Origin: an uncultured Gammaproteobacteria bacterium
GTDB lineage: Bacteria > Patescibacteriota > Microgenomatia > UBA8517 > JACQJR01
Reading direction: 5' to 3'
DNA: 64,000 nucleotides
Assembly: GCA_964442455.1 (NCBI GenBank)
Contig: CAYTZB010000002.1
Coordinates: 11,159-75,158, forward strand
Below are positions 30,310-40,730 of this stretch, one piece after another. The stretch's first letter is position 1. Every line of letters begins with the position of its first letter. The translations under genes and the position numbers were made by a program. The notes beneath the pieces are model-generated. The model was not told the origin of the DNA. It saw only the letters and a list, made by a program, of their open reading frames with translations, and ran no database searches.

Positions 30310-31017
30310 ATGAATGATAATCAAGTCCAAACCATATATCTTGAAACTCGCCCAGCTGCAGGGGGTGATGAAGCCTCAATATGGGCTTCTGATTTACTCC
30401 GTATGTACACGCGATTTGCAGGCAGATGTGGATGGAAGGCAACCCAAGTGGACGACAATGTAATTAAAATCTCTGGCACAAATGTTTTTGGGGAGTTAAA
30501 ACACGAGTCAGGGGTTCATAGAGTCCAAAGAATTCCGGAAACAGAACGCAGAGGAAGAATTCATACCTCCACTGCAACAGTCGCTGTCCTCCCAGAGATT
30601 GCTGAAAAGGATATTTCAATTAATCAAAATGACCTGGATTGGCAATTTTACAGAGCATCGGGACACGGTGGTCAAAATGTTCAAAAAGTTTCAACAGCGG
30701 TCCGTTTGCGACATATTCCTACCGGCATCGTTGTCACTGCTCAACAAGAACGCTTCCAAGAACAAAATAGAAAAATCGCTCTAAGCTTGCTTCGAGCGAA
30801 GTTATACGAGCGAGAAGAAGAGGAAAAAATGCGTACCATTGCAGGATACCGATCAGTTATTGGTCGTGGCATGCGTGCAGAAAAAATTAGAACGTATAAT
30901 TTCCCCCAAAGCAGAATAACAGATCACCGAATCGGCAAATCCTGGGGAAATTTAGAAGATGTTATGGAAGGAAATTTAGATAAGATTACAACTGCACTTT
31001 CTACTTACACTGGTTGA
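30310..31017 (+). CDS. prfA: peptide chain release factor 1, N-terminally shortened
   Basis: GGDEA, ESGVHRVQRIPETE (PxT), GGQ, RTYNFPQ. Confidence 0.85.
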   Translation: MNDNQVQTIYLETRPAAGGDEASIWASDLLRMYTRFAGRCGWKATQVDDNVIKISGTNVFGELKHESGVHRVQRIPETERRGRIHTSTATVAVLPEIAEKDISINQNDLDWQFYRASGHGGQNVQKVSTAVRLRHIPTGIVVTAQQERFQEQNRKIALSLLRAKLYEREEEEKMRTIAGYRSVIGRGMRAEKIRTYNFPQSRITDHRIGKSWGNLEDVMEGNLDKITTALSTYTG

Positions 31018-31445
31018 GTTTGGTTAACAAGAGGTAGGGATATTCTCCGGGTCATCTTGATCTCATCAAGGTTCAGATTATATTCTTCGTATAAACTATC
31101 GATATAAAAACCAATAAGCATTCTACGGATAGAGTGACCCCTGCCTTTCGAGGCACGCAATACCAGAACTTTTGGTACAATCCTACCCTCTTCATCTTTT
31201 TTTAGACCATTTCTGAAAACTACCCTTTGGAGTAAAAGAATCCCACCGGCTCCTTCAATTAATTCACAACTTACTCCTATATCAGTCTCTCCCAGTTGAA
31301 TTCCTTGGCCCTCCCTTAATCTAATAGCACGAATCCCATCGGAAATTACTGGACTTACTATACCAATTCGTTGCAATAATGCTACTGTATCGTCTCTATT
31401 TAGATATTCTATATTCCGTTGAATTAATCCTTCTTTCAAACTCAT
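31005..31445 (-). CDS. hypothetical protein (orphan)
   Basis: 146-aa ORF convergent with prfA. Confidence 0.6.
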   Translation of the reverse strand: MSLKEGLIQRNIEYLNRDDTVALLQRIGIVSPVISDGIRAIRLREGQGIQLGETDIGVSCELIEGAGGILLLQRVVFRNGLKKDEEGRIVPKVLVLRASKGRGHSIRRMLIGFYIDSLYEEYNLNLDEIKMTRRISLPLVNQTQPV

Positions 31446-31451
31446 TTTTGA

Positions 31452-32618
31452 TTATTCCCCTGACTCAACAAGGGTTGTAGAAACTGTGAGGGCTTGACCA
31501 CCTGTCTGCGCAGGCAGGTCGCGCCACAATTCAATGCTCACTCTATCCCCAACTTTTCTCTTATTAATCAAGGAGGCCAAACCACCAGTCTCTTCTTTTA
31601 TCGCTTCTCCATCAAGTTTTGTCAAGATATCATTTTCCTCTATTCCCGCTGTCTTGGCAGGACTTCCTTCAACTACCTCAACGACATAAGCACCTTGAGG
31701 GACTTCATTCAAAATTGCTGCTTCACCACTTATCATCTGATAACGAACGCCTAAAAATGGACGTGAGAAACGACCGGTTTGCTCAAAGTTTTGGATTGAG
31801 TCCTTGACAATGTTTATTGGAATAGCAAATCCCACATTTTCCGCCCCAGCAGCCACCGCCACATTAACACCTATAACTTGTCCGGCTGAATTAAGAAGTG
31901 GCCCTCCCGAATTTCCCGGATTGATTGCCGCGTCTGTTTGAATAACATTATCCAAACGCTCAACGAACCCTTCAAAAGGCGTCCCCGCAGTAATTCCCCG
32001 TCCCAGCCCAGATATAACACCGGTTGTAACGGTGTGGCGGAATTCACCAAGTGCGGTACCGATTGCAATCACGAACTGTCCGACTTTAAGGTTACTTGAG
32101 TCGCCTAAATCAACAGGTTTTAGTCCTGAGGTGGCCGTTGGACTTACTTTAAGGATTGACAAGTCATTGGCCGGGTCCCGATAAATTTTTTCAACAACAA
32201 ATTCCTTATCATCTTTTGTAATCACCTTATATTGCACGCCTGATTCGGAAACCACATGTTTATTAGTAACAATAAGGCCGTCAACGGAAATAATAAACCC
32301 TGTCGCAATATCCTGTTTGCCTCCTTCCTCTCTTACTCCGAGTCCCCCAAAAGGAGAAAACTGAAGAACCTTTCTGCGGGGCGACTCCCGGGAAATGGTA
32401 ACAACCGACGGAGATACTCTTTCTGCAACATCAATCACTACCGATTCCTCGGTCAATATTTTTTGCTCTACCTCCCCGGTACGAAGACCCCCACTGCGAG
32501 GAAACAGTTTATCAAGGGGTTTAATACCAAATAAACGATCGGCAATCGCTCCTCCGAAAATGGAAGCAAGAACTACCACACCAACTGCAATACCTATTAG
32601 GAAACGACGGACTCTCAT
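31452..32618 (-). CDS. HtrA/DegP-like serine protease with PDZ domain
   Basis: TNKHV, QTDAAINPGNSGGPL, one PDZ. Confidence 0.93.
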   Translation of the reverse strand: MRVRRFLIGIAVGVVVLASIFGGAIADRLFGIKPLDKLFPRSGGLRTGEVEQKILTEESVVIDVAERVSPSVVTISRESPRRKVLQFSPFGGLGVREEGGKQDIATGFIISVDGLIVTNKHVVSESGVQYKVITKDDKEFVVEKIYRDPANDLSILKVSPTATSGLKPVDLGDSSNLKVGQFVIAIGTALGEFRHTVTTGVISGLGRGITAGTPFEGFVERLDNVIQTDAAINPGNSGGPLLNSAGQVIGVNVAVAAGAENVGFAIPINIVKDSIQNFEQTGRFSRPFLGVRYQMISGEAAILNEVPQGAYVVEVVEGSPAKTAGIEENDILTKLDGEAIKEETGGLASLINKRKVGDRVSIELWRDLPAQTGGQALTVSTTLVESGE

Positions 32619-32619
32619 A

Positions 32620-32739
32620 AAAATTTCTAATTATTCTAATTTCTAATTAACCTAATCAAATCCCAATTTCTCAAATTTCTAAAATTAGTCATTGGTCATT
32701 ATTTAGAAATTAGGTCAATTAGAGCAATTAGGTTAATTT
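32620..32739. repeat. dispersed AT-rich periodic element, copy 3 (reverse orientation)
   Basis: reverse complement shares GAAATTGGGATTTGATTAG with copy 1. Confidence 0.75.
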
Positions 32740-33973
32740 ATTTTACTAGCTCCTCAACCGCTCTTTGTAATTGTTCGTCTTCTTCAGTATCCGCTTTGTC
32801 TTCCACTTTTATATCCGGTTCAAGACCTTTCTCGTTTACCCAGGTTCCATTAGGGGTTAACCACCGAGCTGTTGTAATATGAAGTCCTGCTCCTCCCAGC
32901 AACTCCTGTGCCTCCTGGATTGTCCCTTTTCCAAACGTTGCCTCGCCTATCAGCTTTGCCCCTCTCAAATCGCGCAACGCTCCCGCGACAATTTCACTCG
33001 CCGAAGCCGACCCTTTGTTCATCAACACAACTGTAGGAAAGTTACTTAAGCGGCCTTTACCAGTTGCCGTAAAGTTTTGTCTATTCCCTTCTGCATTTTC
33101 TTGCATAACAATCGTTCCGCTCCTTACAAACTCCGACGCAAAGTATACTGCGCCATTTAAGAAACCCCCAGGGTTATTTCTAACATCAAGAATCACGCCT
33201 TTTATTCCTGGTTTTTTAAGAATCTCAGATACCTTCGTATCCCATTCCTTATTTGTACTTTCCCCAAAGCGCAGGAGCTTAAGATGAGCAAGAGACTCTC
33301 CTTCTCCTACAAATGAAAGCTCGACAGAGGGAACATCAATCTTTGCACGCATGACGTTAACTTCAAAAGGTTCGAGGACTCCTTCACGGCTTACCGTCAA
33401 TTTTACTTCCGTCCCCGCGGGACCACGTATAGCTTCAACAGCCGTCGGCAAATCAATTCCCACTGTCCCTTTCTCTATTCCTCTCTTTTCATCTTTTATA
33501 AACAAGATAAAATCGCCAGCTTTGAGACCTGCTTTTTGGGCCGGAGTCCCCTCAAGCGGCGCAATTACTGCAAGTTGTGTTCCACGAAATCCAATCTGAA
33601 TACCCACTCCTTCAAATGAGCCGGATAAATCTTCTACCGTCCTTTTTTGCTCACTTGGCGGCAAAAAGGTAGTGTAGGGATCGCCAGCTCCAGCAACCAT
33701 CCCTTTAATAGCCCCATAAATCAATGCGCGGTTGTCGAGTTTTTCTTTTTCTAGGTAGTCACGATGGAGTCTATCCCACACATCCCAAAAGAGGGAAAAT
33801 TGGAGCTCCTGTTTGCCGGGAGGCAGTTCTCTTGAAATGATTACTCTTGGTTTTGAGTCCTGGAAATTGATAGTCAATCCTGCCTGCCCGAGCCAATATC
33901 CGGCACCAAAGAACGCCACCGCACCAACCACAAAAAACAGAACTCGGCGAGCAATTGAGCGGCTAATCTTCAT
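32738..33973 (-). CDS. S41 carboxyl-terminal processing protease
   Basis: DPYT, PDZ, DVRNNPGG, SASASE, TFGKG. Confidence 0.93.
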   Translation of the reverse strand: MKISRSIARRVLFFVVGAVAFFGAGYWLGQAGLTINFQDSKPRVIISRELPPGKQELQFSLFWDVWDRLHRDYLEKEKLDNRALIYGAIKGMVAGAGDPYTTFLPPSEQKRTVEDLSGSFEGVGIQIGFRGTQLAVIAPLEGTPAQKAGLKAGDFILFIKDEKRGIEKGTVGIDLPTAVEAIRGPAGTEVKLTVSREGVLEPFEVNVMRAKIDVPSVELSFVGEGESLAHLKLLRFGESTNKEWDTKVSEILKKPGIKGVILDVRNNPGGFLNGAVYFASEFVRSGTIVMQENAEGNRQNFTATGKGRLSNFPTVVLMNKGSASASEIVAGALRDLRGAKLIGEATFGKGTIQEAQELLGGAGLHITTARWLTPNGTWVNEKGLEPDIKVEDKADTEEDEQLQRAVEELVK

Positions 33974-34191
33974 AGATGGACTCTTTGTGCAAAGGGAAGA
34001 AGCGCTAAAAAGCGAGCTCGTTTAATTTCTTTCGTCAGCTGGCGTTGATGCTTTGCACACACCCCTGTTCGTTTCCTCCCAACAATTTTACCCCTATCAG
34101 TTAGGAATTTGCCCAATGCGACAGTATCCCCCAAATAGGGGGCTTTGTCGCTATGACAAAATGGACATGGACGTTTCCTTGTTTGAACCAT
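33970..34191 (-). CDS. rpsR: 30S ribosomal protein S18
   Basis: CPFC, GKI..RTG.CAKHQR, IKRARFLALLP. Confidence 0.95.
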   Translation of the reverse strand: MVQTRKRPCPFCHSDKAPYLGDTVALGKFLTDRGKIVGRKRTGVCAKHQRQLTKEIKRARFLALLPFAQRVHL

Positions 34192-34727
34192 TAGAACGGC
34201 ATCTCCTCATTTTCGGGTACTTCTTTTTCTTCTGAGGCAGATGTGCCCTCGGTCTGCTTTTTACCCTTACTCTTCTTGGGTTGTGACTGTTGGTCGGGAG
34301 GAGCGGCTTCTGTCACCTCTCCTTCTGACACGCCCTCTAAAGGCAGCTCTCCACCAACTTCAGCCGGCACCTCAATTTCTGCTGCAACTCCCCTGCTGTC
34401 AAGAATAATCATATCGTGTGCAACGATTTCAGTTATCTGTCGCTGTGCACCATCCTGACCAGTAAAGGAACGGTTTGAGAGCCGCCCCTCAATATACACT
34501 CTTCTCCCTTTAGAGAGCAACTGACTGCAGATTTCCGCCAACTTGTTCCACGCTACAATTCGATGAAAATCCGCCTCTTCTCTCTTTTCGCCGCTATCGG
34601 TTGTCCACTGCCTATTGGTCGCTATGGAAAAGGTGCATACCGCACTCCCTTGAGGGGTATAGCGCAGTTCCGGATCTCTAGTCAAGTTGCCAATTAACTG
34701 TACCTTATTCAGTGACCGTGTTGCCAT
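34191..34727 (-). CDS. ssb: single-stranded DNA-binding protein
   Basis: LNKVQLIGNLTRDPELRYT; acidic ...MPF tail. Confidence 0.96.
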   Translation of the reverse strand: MATRSLNKVQLIGNLTRDPELRYTPQGSAVCTFSIATNRQWTTDSGEKREEADFHRIVAWNKLAEICSQLLSKGRRVYIEGRLSNRSFTGQDGAQRQITEIVAHDMIILDSRGVAAEIEVPAEVGGELPLEGVSEGEVTEAAPPDQQSQPKKSKGKKQTEGTSASEEKEVPENEEMPF

Positions 34728-34746
34728 ACTCTATATATTCCCCTAC

Positions 34747-35157
34747 TCACCCCCTCTTTTTCTTCACTGGCGTTTTTGCTTTCTTTGTCTCCCGTTTTGG
34801 TTTTGCCTCGGCAGTGGAGGCTTTTTTCTCCTCATCCTTGTCGCTTTTTTGTTTACTTTCTTGCACTGTTTCGGGCGTCTTTTGCGCAATTCTTTTTACC
34901 AGTAAATGACGCAACACATGCTCCTCTAGGCGAAGCTCGTGAGAAAGCTGGGAAGAGTGTGTAGGGGAAAGTGTGAGTTTTACCACAAAAAAAGAAGCGG
35001 CACTCTGCTTTTTAATCGGATACGTAAGGTCCTTTGTGCCCCATTCCACCACCTCATCGACTGTACCCTGAAAACCACCGATAAGTTTTTTTACGTGCTC
35101 AAGAATGCTGTCACCCTGGCTATCTTGCGTCAAAATAACCAACTCGTACTGTTGCAT
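34747..35157 (-). CDS. rpsF: 30S ribosomal protein S6
   Basis: YELV, WG.K.L.YPI, VLRHL; rpsF-ssb-rpsR order. Confidence 0.92.
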   Translation of the reverse strand: MQQYELVILTQDSQGDSILEHVKKLIGGFQGTVDEVVEWGTKDLTYPIKKQSAASFFVVKLTLSPTHSSQLSHELRLEEHVLRHLLVKRIAQKTPETVQESKQKSDKDEEKKASTAEAKPKRETKKAKTPVKKKRG

Positions 35158-35235
35158 ACTTCTGTGAGTATACCAAATTCAATTTTCAATTATCAATTGC
35201 CAATTTTAAACTCTATAACGTCCCATTCTTAAATA

Positions 35236-36351
35236 TTACTTAAGACGAGTAATGAAATCATCAAAGTTTGGTGCATTATCATCCGACATACTCAAAATTA
35301 TGCCTAAGCCGTATGCATCCCGCTTAAAATTGGTATCAAAGGAAAGCCCACTTTGGGAAGCCAAAAATCTTGCCAATCCGAAAAAGTCACTTTCCATATG
35401 GAACTTTTGAAAAACCTTCTCCCAAGAACGACGCTTTTTAAAAAGAGCTTCCAAACGGTTCACCACGCGATCAATCTTTATTCCGGGAGTACCTGTCTCT
35501 CCTTCTGGACTAGACTCATACACAACAAACCCGCTCATTTGTCTTTCAACTGTAGAAACCAGGTAAGTAACAAAACCTTCATCAAAAGATCCACTAAATT
35601 TTGATTGACCTGACTCTTTATTCACATATTCGAGAGTAAACCCATGAATGGCTTCTAAATGGTAATCTTTATTGTCAGCCTTCACGATCATTTCAAGCCC
35701 TTGCTCTGGCTTCCTATTACTCCCAAATGCCGCTTTGTGGAAGAATTCATGCCAATATACTGTCCTTGCACGAGACAATGTACTCCAGTATGGCAAAACA
35801 TCCTTGGGCTGTGCGTTAAATGTACTACGAAACGAGGGTGATTCTGAACTTATAAAAATATCGCCTGTTGTATGTTCTGCATGTCCAACCACTCCTTCAC
35901 CAAATCGAGCCTCAAACTCTTGAAGAGGGAGCCAATGTACCGATTCAACTAGTTTTTCTTTGGTAAGCGGCGTCCCAGAATAGCGTGCAAAAAATTCTAC
36001 TGCAAGCTCTAAATGGTGTAGGAGAGTAGCGGAATCACCCAATAAATCTTCCCTTGTATAACCAGCCTCAAAATTTACAATTTTCTGCACTAAAGCTCTC
36101 TCAACATGAGGAAGTGGCTTAGCACCCTTCAGATCGGGATGAGAAAGGAACATTTCCTGTGGCCTACTCTCCCAGGGCCGCCAAATACCCAAACCCACTG
36201 CCGCTATCCCTGCCGTGCCCAAACCTAAAAGTTTTAAAAGATGGCGACGTGACTTAGCAAATTCAGAAAGTTTTTCTTGAGTTTCTTTCGTCCTTTTTGG
36301 CCGCCGACGCTGTTCTCTTCGCAGTAAATGCTCATCCTCCATAAAATTCAA
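35236..36351 (-). CDS. orphan membrane-anchored HEXXH (zincin-like) protein
   Basis: SRRHLLK + TM; WHEFFH...DEGF. Confidence 0.65.
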   Translation of the reverse strand: MNFMEDEHLLRREQRRRPKRTKETQEKLSEFAKSRRHLLKLLGLGTAGIAAVGLGIWRPWESRPQEMFLSHPDLKGAKPLPHVERALVQKIVNFEAGYTREDLLGDSATLLHHLELAVEFFARYSGTPLTKEKLVESVHWLPLQEFEARFGEGVVGHAEHTTGDIFISSESPSFRSTFNAQPKDVLPYWSTLSRARTVYWHEFFHKAAFGSNRKPEQGLEMIVKADNKDYHLEAIHGFTLEYVNKESGQSKFSGSFDEGFVTYLVSTVERQMSGFVVYESSPEGETGTPGIKIDRVVNRLEALFKKRRSWEKVFQKFHMESDFFGLARFLASQSGLSFDTNFKRDAYGLGIILSMSDDNAPNFDDFITRLK

Positions 36352-37466
36352 CTCCCAGTCTTGAATTCTATCACATCTCCATCCTGCACGACATACTCTT
36401 TTCCTTCGAACCTAACCTTCCCTTGTTCACGAGCTTTACTCCATCCTCCCACACGAACCAGTTCCTCAAAATGAATCACATCCGCTTTAATGAAATGTTT
36501 CTCAAAGTCAGAATGAATAACTCCTGCAGCTTGGGGAGATTTTGTGCCTTTCTTAATCGTCCATGCACGAACTTCCTTGGGGCCTGCCGTTAGAAAAGAA
36601 ATAAGCCCCAAAAGTTGATACGCCTTCTTAATTAGTCGCTCAAGACCGGTTTGTTCAAGTCCGACTGACGCAAGATACTCTCTCCTTTCATCCTCTGATA
36701 AATCCGCTAAATCTTCCTCCAGCTTTGCACAGATTACCAATTCATCTTCGCCCTGGACATTTTCTTCACGATCGTGAACTTTTTGTCCATACTCTTCTTC
36801 ACTCACATTGTATACAAATAAAACTGGCTTAATTGATAAAAGAGGCAATTTTTCAAACCAAATTTTCAATCGTTCATCTCGCAGACCCTGAGCGAAGTCG
36901 AAGGACTTCACTCTCTTTCCCTGTTCAAAACTTGCTTTTAAATTATTCAAAATCTCTAGCTTTTCAGCTTCTAATTTATCCTGAGCTTGCCGAATGGATT
37001 TTTCTTGCGCATCTATTAACTTCTCAATCGTTTGCAGATCAGCGAGCGCAAGTTCTGTCTCAACCGTTTCGCGATCAGACACGGGATCTGTACTCCCCGC
37101 TCGTACGACATTCTCATCATTAAAATCCCGAAGAACATGAACAATTGCGTCTACTTCCCGAATATGCGAAAGAAACTGGTTACCCAACCCTTCCCCTTTG
37201 TGGGCACCTTTTACCAAACCTGCAATATCAACAAATTGAACAACCGGTGGTACTATCGGTGGCAATTCCTCCATCTTTTCCTCATTCTTCACAAGCTCTG
37301 CTAAATTTTCTAATCTTTCATCAGGGACCGCAACGACCCCTACGTTTGGTTCAACCGTTGCAAATGGATAATTCGCCGATAACGCAACACGCTTCTTAAG
37401 AAGCGCATTAAACAGCGTCGACTTCCCCACATTCGGAAGTCCTATAATGCCAACCGATAGGTTCAT
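36348..37466 (-). CDS. ychF: redox-regulated ATPase YchF
   Basis: [27 protein letters not shown] domain. Confidence 0.96.
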   Translation of the reverse strand: MNLSVGIIGLPNVGKSTLFNALLKKRVALSANYPFATVEPNVGVVAVPDERLENLAELVKNEEKMEELPPIVPPVVQFVDIAGLVKGAHKGEGLGNQFLSHIREVDAIVHVLRDFNDENVVRAGSTDPVSDRETVETELALADLQTIEKLIDAQEKSIRQAQDKLEAEKLEILNNLKASFEQGKRVKSFDFAQGLRDERLKIWFEKLPLLSIKPVLFVYNVSEEEYGQKVHDREENVQGEDELVICAKLEEDLADLSEDERREYLASVGLEQTGLERLIKKAYQLLGLISFLTAGPKEVRAWTIKKGTKSPQAAGVIHSDFEKHFIKADVIHFEELVRVGGWSKAREQGKVRFEGKEYVVQDGDVIEFKTGS

Positions 37467-38830
37467 ATCCCACCTTTCCTTTCTCGCAACCTTTGTACAT
37501 CACGCCAACCAATATCGGTCCTAAAATGAAGATTATTGCCATCGATACTTACAACTGACATAGCCTCGTATGCTTTTCTTCTTGCATCGATAACTGTTTC
37601 ACCTTCACCTACTATATAAAACACCCTACCTCCATTGGCATAGTATCTTCCCTCTTCTTCTTCAATCCCTGCTCCATAAAGTCTTACTCCATCAATTTTT
37701 CTTGCTTCATCCAGTCCGTAAATCTGTCTACCTCGTACTTCTTTATAATCACCTGGATAGCCTTTTGAAGCCCCTGTTACAACAACCCTTGCTTTATTAT
37801 CTGTTTGTAGCTGAATACCACTTATATCTCCCCGAGCAATTGCCATACTTACCTCAAATAAATCATTAATAAGTCCTGGTAACACTACTTGAACTTCGGG
37901 ATCGCCCCATCTAGCATTAAATTCAATCACATAAGGACTCAAAGGTCCCCCTTCTCTTATTGCCATTCCGCCTAAATACAAAACACCTCTATAAGGACGA
38001 CCTTCTGAGTGTAATCCAGCAATGACTCTATCAAGAACTCCTATTTCTACATTTTTCATTAGTTCTGGAGTTAAAACTAATGGTGGAGTACTACAACCCA
38101 TCCCTCCTGTATTCTCGCCTTCATCAAAGTTGTTCACTCTTTTATGATCTTGAGCATTCCCTATAACTTTATATCGTTCACCATCACTAAAAATAAAGGT
38201 TGAAAATTCTTCTCCTGCGGAACCATCATCACTTTTTAGCCATTTCTCTATAAGAAACACCTTGCCTGCATCTCTGAAACGCTCCATTTCTTTTACTCGC
38301 TCTAAAGCTTCTCGGTTATTTCTTGCTGGTAAAGCACCCTTACCTTCTGCAAGCCCTGAGGCTTTTATAAACCAAGGTTGATCTGGTTGTGATTGGATAT
38401 AATTAAAACCTTCCTGTTGACTAAGACAAATTCTAAAAGAAGGTTGTGGAATCCCATGTCTCTCCCCAAATTCTCTTGCCCATGCTTTGTCCCATTCAAT
38501 TTGGCCTGCATTTCTTGTAGGCCCCACAGTAGGAACGCCTCTTTCTATAAGTGTATCAACAAGTCCAGCTTCAACTGCATTATCTTGTGCTATATCTACT
38601 AAATTAACACTTTCTCTTTCACAAATTTCTAGAATTTCTGGAACACTAGTAGTCTTTAATTGAGGATAGATTTGGACAGGTTTATCGGTGTTAATTCTCA
38701 TTAAATCATTGCCAGGCACGGCTAAAATTTTCTCAATATGTTCACTTTGAGCATATTTATCTACTAATGTAGCTCCACGCCCACCCCCATCCACTACCAA
38801 TACAGTATTACCTACACTTCGTTCTTTCAT
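37463..38830 (-). CDS. purD: phosphoribosylamine-glycine ligase
   Basis: KASGLAEGKG, QDHKR, NTGGMG, EFNARWGDPE, GYPG, GGRV, RTDIG. Confidence 0.9.
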   Translation of the reverse strand: MKERSVGNTVLVVDGGGRGATLVDKYAQSEHIEKILAVPGNDLMRINTDKPVQIYPQLKTTSVPEILEICERESVNLVDIAQDNAVEAGLVDTLIERGVPTVGPTRNAGQIEWDKAWAREFGERHGIPQPSFRICLSQQEGFNYIQSQPDQPWFIKASGLAEGKGALPARNNREALERVKEMERFRDAGKVFLIEKWLKSDDGSAGEEFSTFIFSDGERYKVIGNAQDHKRVNNFDEGENTGGMGCSTPPLVLTPELMKNVEIGVLDRVIAGLHSEGRPYRGVLYLGGMAIREGGPLSPYVIEFNARWGDPEVQVVLPGLINDLFEVSMAIARGDISGIQLQTDNKARVVVTGASKGYPGDYKEVRGRQIYGLDEARKIDGVRLYGAGIEEEEGRYYANGGRVFYIVGEGETVIDARRKAYEAMSVVSIDGNNLHFRTDIGWRDVQRLRERKGGI

Positions 38831-38960
38831 AAATTATTTAATACTAAATCCTTCCTACTTTTTAAATTCGGCAAACCGAAACTAAACTTGAATTCAAATT
38901 GTGGAATAGTGTAATTACTATCCCGACTTTCAAAGACATATTTGGATTATAACAGGATTC

Positions 38961-39065
38961 AAGAAAACCGCGACCCGTAAGGTCGCGGATGAATTGAACG
39001 CTGATATGTCATCCTCCTTTAGAGGTGTAAACCCCGTTCGTAAGAACGGGGAGGATGTCATATCA
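38961..39065 (+). mobile_element. miniature non-autonomous IS200/IS605-like palindromic element
   Basis: two 8-bp hairpins (CCGCGACC/GGTCGCGG and CCCCGTTC/GAACGGGG) ending GGAGGATGTCA; no ORF. Confidence 0.6.
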
Positions 39066-39098
39066 AGAATGCGAAAGGAAATTATTCAGAAGTTTAAA

Positions 39099-40730
39099 TT
39101 AAAATTCCAGCCAATCTAAAATAATCTGGAGTAAACCCCGAGCAGTGCTTACCCCTTGCACTCCTGATGGAGGAGCTTGTGGTTGAGATTGCTGTTGCTG
39201 GGGCTGTTGATTTTGTTGATATTGCTGCTGTCCTTGCTCTCCAGAAGATCCACCTCCGCCATATTGTCCAACGTATGGAGCGCAGGCTGAATCTTTAGGG
39301 TTTGACTTACAATAAGATGTACAGGAAGCCTCATCCGTACATCCTCCGGGACCAGAAAATCCTCCTCCATATTGTCCAGCGTATTTAGCACATTCACTAT
39401 CCTTCGGATTACTTTTACAATACGATGTACATGAAGCTTCATCGCTACAACCACCGGGCCCGGAAATTCCTCCACCATATTGACTTGCCATCTGTTTACA
39501 AGCTTCATCTTGGGAATTGGCTGTGCAGTAGGCTTTACATGAGCTTTCCGAATTACAACCACCGGGCCCGGAAACCCCACCACCATACTGGCTTGAGTAT
39601 TTTTGACATTCAGAATCTTGAGAGTGTTCTTTACAATAGGCAGTACACGAACCAACGTCACTACACCCGCCCGGCCCGCTGAATCCGCCATATTGACCGC
39701 TATATTGTTTGCATTCTGCATCAGAAGGATTGGCCCGACAATAAGCTTCACAGGAACTTTCATCCTCACACCCCCCAGGCCCTTTAAAGCCTTCGTATTT
39801 ACTACTATACTTTTTACACTCCGGGTCAGAAGAGTTTTGTTTGCAGTAAGCACTACACGAGGCAATATCACTACATCCTCCAGGACCTTGGAAATCTACT
39901 TCTATTTCCTGATCATCTGCATAGTTTAAGCAGACTCTTTGATTATATGGTTGACTGCAGAAAGCTTGGCATTCTTGCTCTGTTTTACATCCTCCAGGAC
40001 CGGTTGAACCATACTGTCTGGCCAGCTCTGCCTCCTCTTCTGTAATAAATCCTAATGCTAAAGCCATATCAAGACACTCCTCCGAGTGTCCGGGGTCAGC
40101 ACAATACGCTTCACATGCTGTCTTCGAATCACACCCGCCAGCACTCTTGCCACTTCTAATAAGATCAACAAATCTTTGAGCTTCAGGTGATAGTTCTAAA
40201 GGTATACCAATTTGTTCTTGCCACGTTAAGCACTCTTGCCAGTTTCCTTCTAAAGAACAATAGATTTCACATTCATTCTCGCCGCGGCAATTCCCAGGGG
40301 GCAGTATGGCATCCTCCCCTTTCATACCGGCTGCTACTTGGCGAGCTTTTTGCAACTCATCAGGTGTTGCAAACCCGTTTTCTTCAGCAAAATCCAAACA
40401 CTGGTCTAGATTGGCATAATCATTACAAAATACCTCTACTGAACAACCCTCATCAGTTCTGCACCATCCAGGTCCTCCGGTTGTAGCCAGCTGGGTAAAT
40501 CTTTCTGCTCTATCAAGCTCTTCTTGAGTTACAAGGTTGTGTTCTTTGGCAAAGGGAAAACAGGGTGACATTTTATTTTCTGGTATATCACAGAAAGCCC
40601 GACACTCTGCTTCATCTTCACATCCTCCAAGCTCTGCCACAGGAAAAGTAATATCATCTCCTGATGAAGCATATACCATTCCGATTGTTAGGAAAAACAT
40701 AATAAAGGGCAGGAAAAGTAATTGTTTCAT
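39099..40730 (-). CDS. exported cysteine-rich repeat protein
   Basis: signal peptide; 11 repeats of roughly GPGG-C-x5-C-x3-C-x8-C. Confidence 0.85.
   Translation of the reverse strand: MKQLLFLPFIMFFLTIGMVYASSGDDITFPVAELGGCEDEAECRAFCDIPENKMSPCFPFAKEHNLVTQEELDRAERFTQLATTGGPGWCRTDEGCSVEVFCNDYANLDQCLDFAEENGFATPDELQKARQVAAGMKGEDAILPPGNCRGENECEIYCSLEGNWQECLTWQEQIGIPLELSPEAQRFVDLIRSGKSAGGCDSKTACEAYCADPGHSEECLDMALALGFITEEEAELARQYGSTGPGGCKTEQECQAFCSQPYNQRVCLNYADDQEIEVDFQGPGGCSDIASCSAYCKQNSSDPECKKYSSKYEGFKGPGGCEDESSCEAYCRANPSDAECKQYSGQYGGFSGPGGCSDVGSCTAYCKEHSQDSECQKYSSQYGGGVSGPGGCNSESSCKAYCTANSQDEACKQMASQYGGGISGPGGCSDEASCTSYCKSNPKDSECAKYAGQYGGGFSGPGGCTDEASCTSYCKSNPKDSACAPYVGQYGGGGSSGEQGQQQYQQNQQPQQQQSQPQAPPSGVQGVSTARGLLQIILDWLEF

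Noticed and set aside
38831-39098. Purine/ZTP riboswitch upstream of purD
   Set aside because: No recognisable aptamer consensus on the - strand; the hairpins resemble IS200/IS605 ends.
39280-40010. CRISPR array
   Set aside because: The ~105-108-bp periodicity is a protein tandem repeat with synonymous variation; no cas genes are present.
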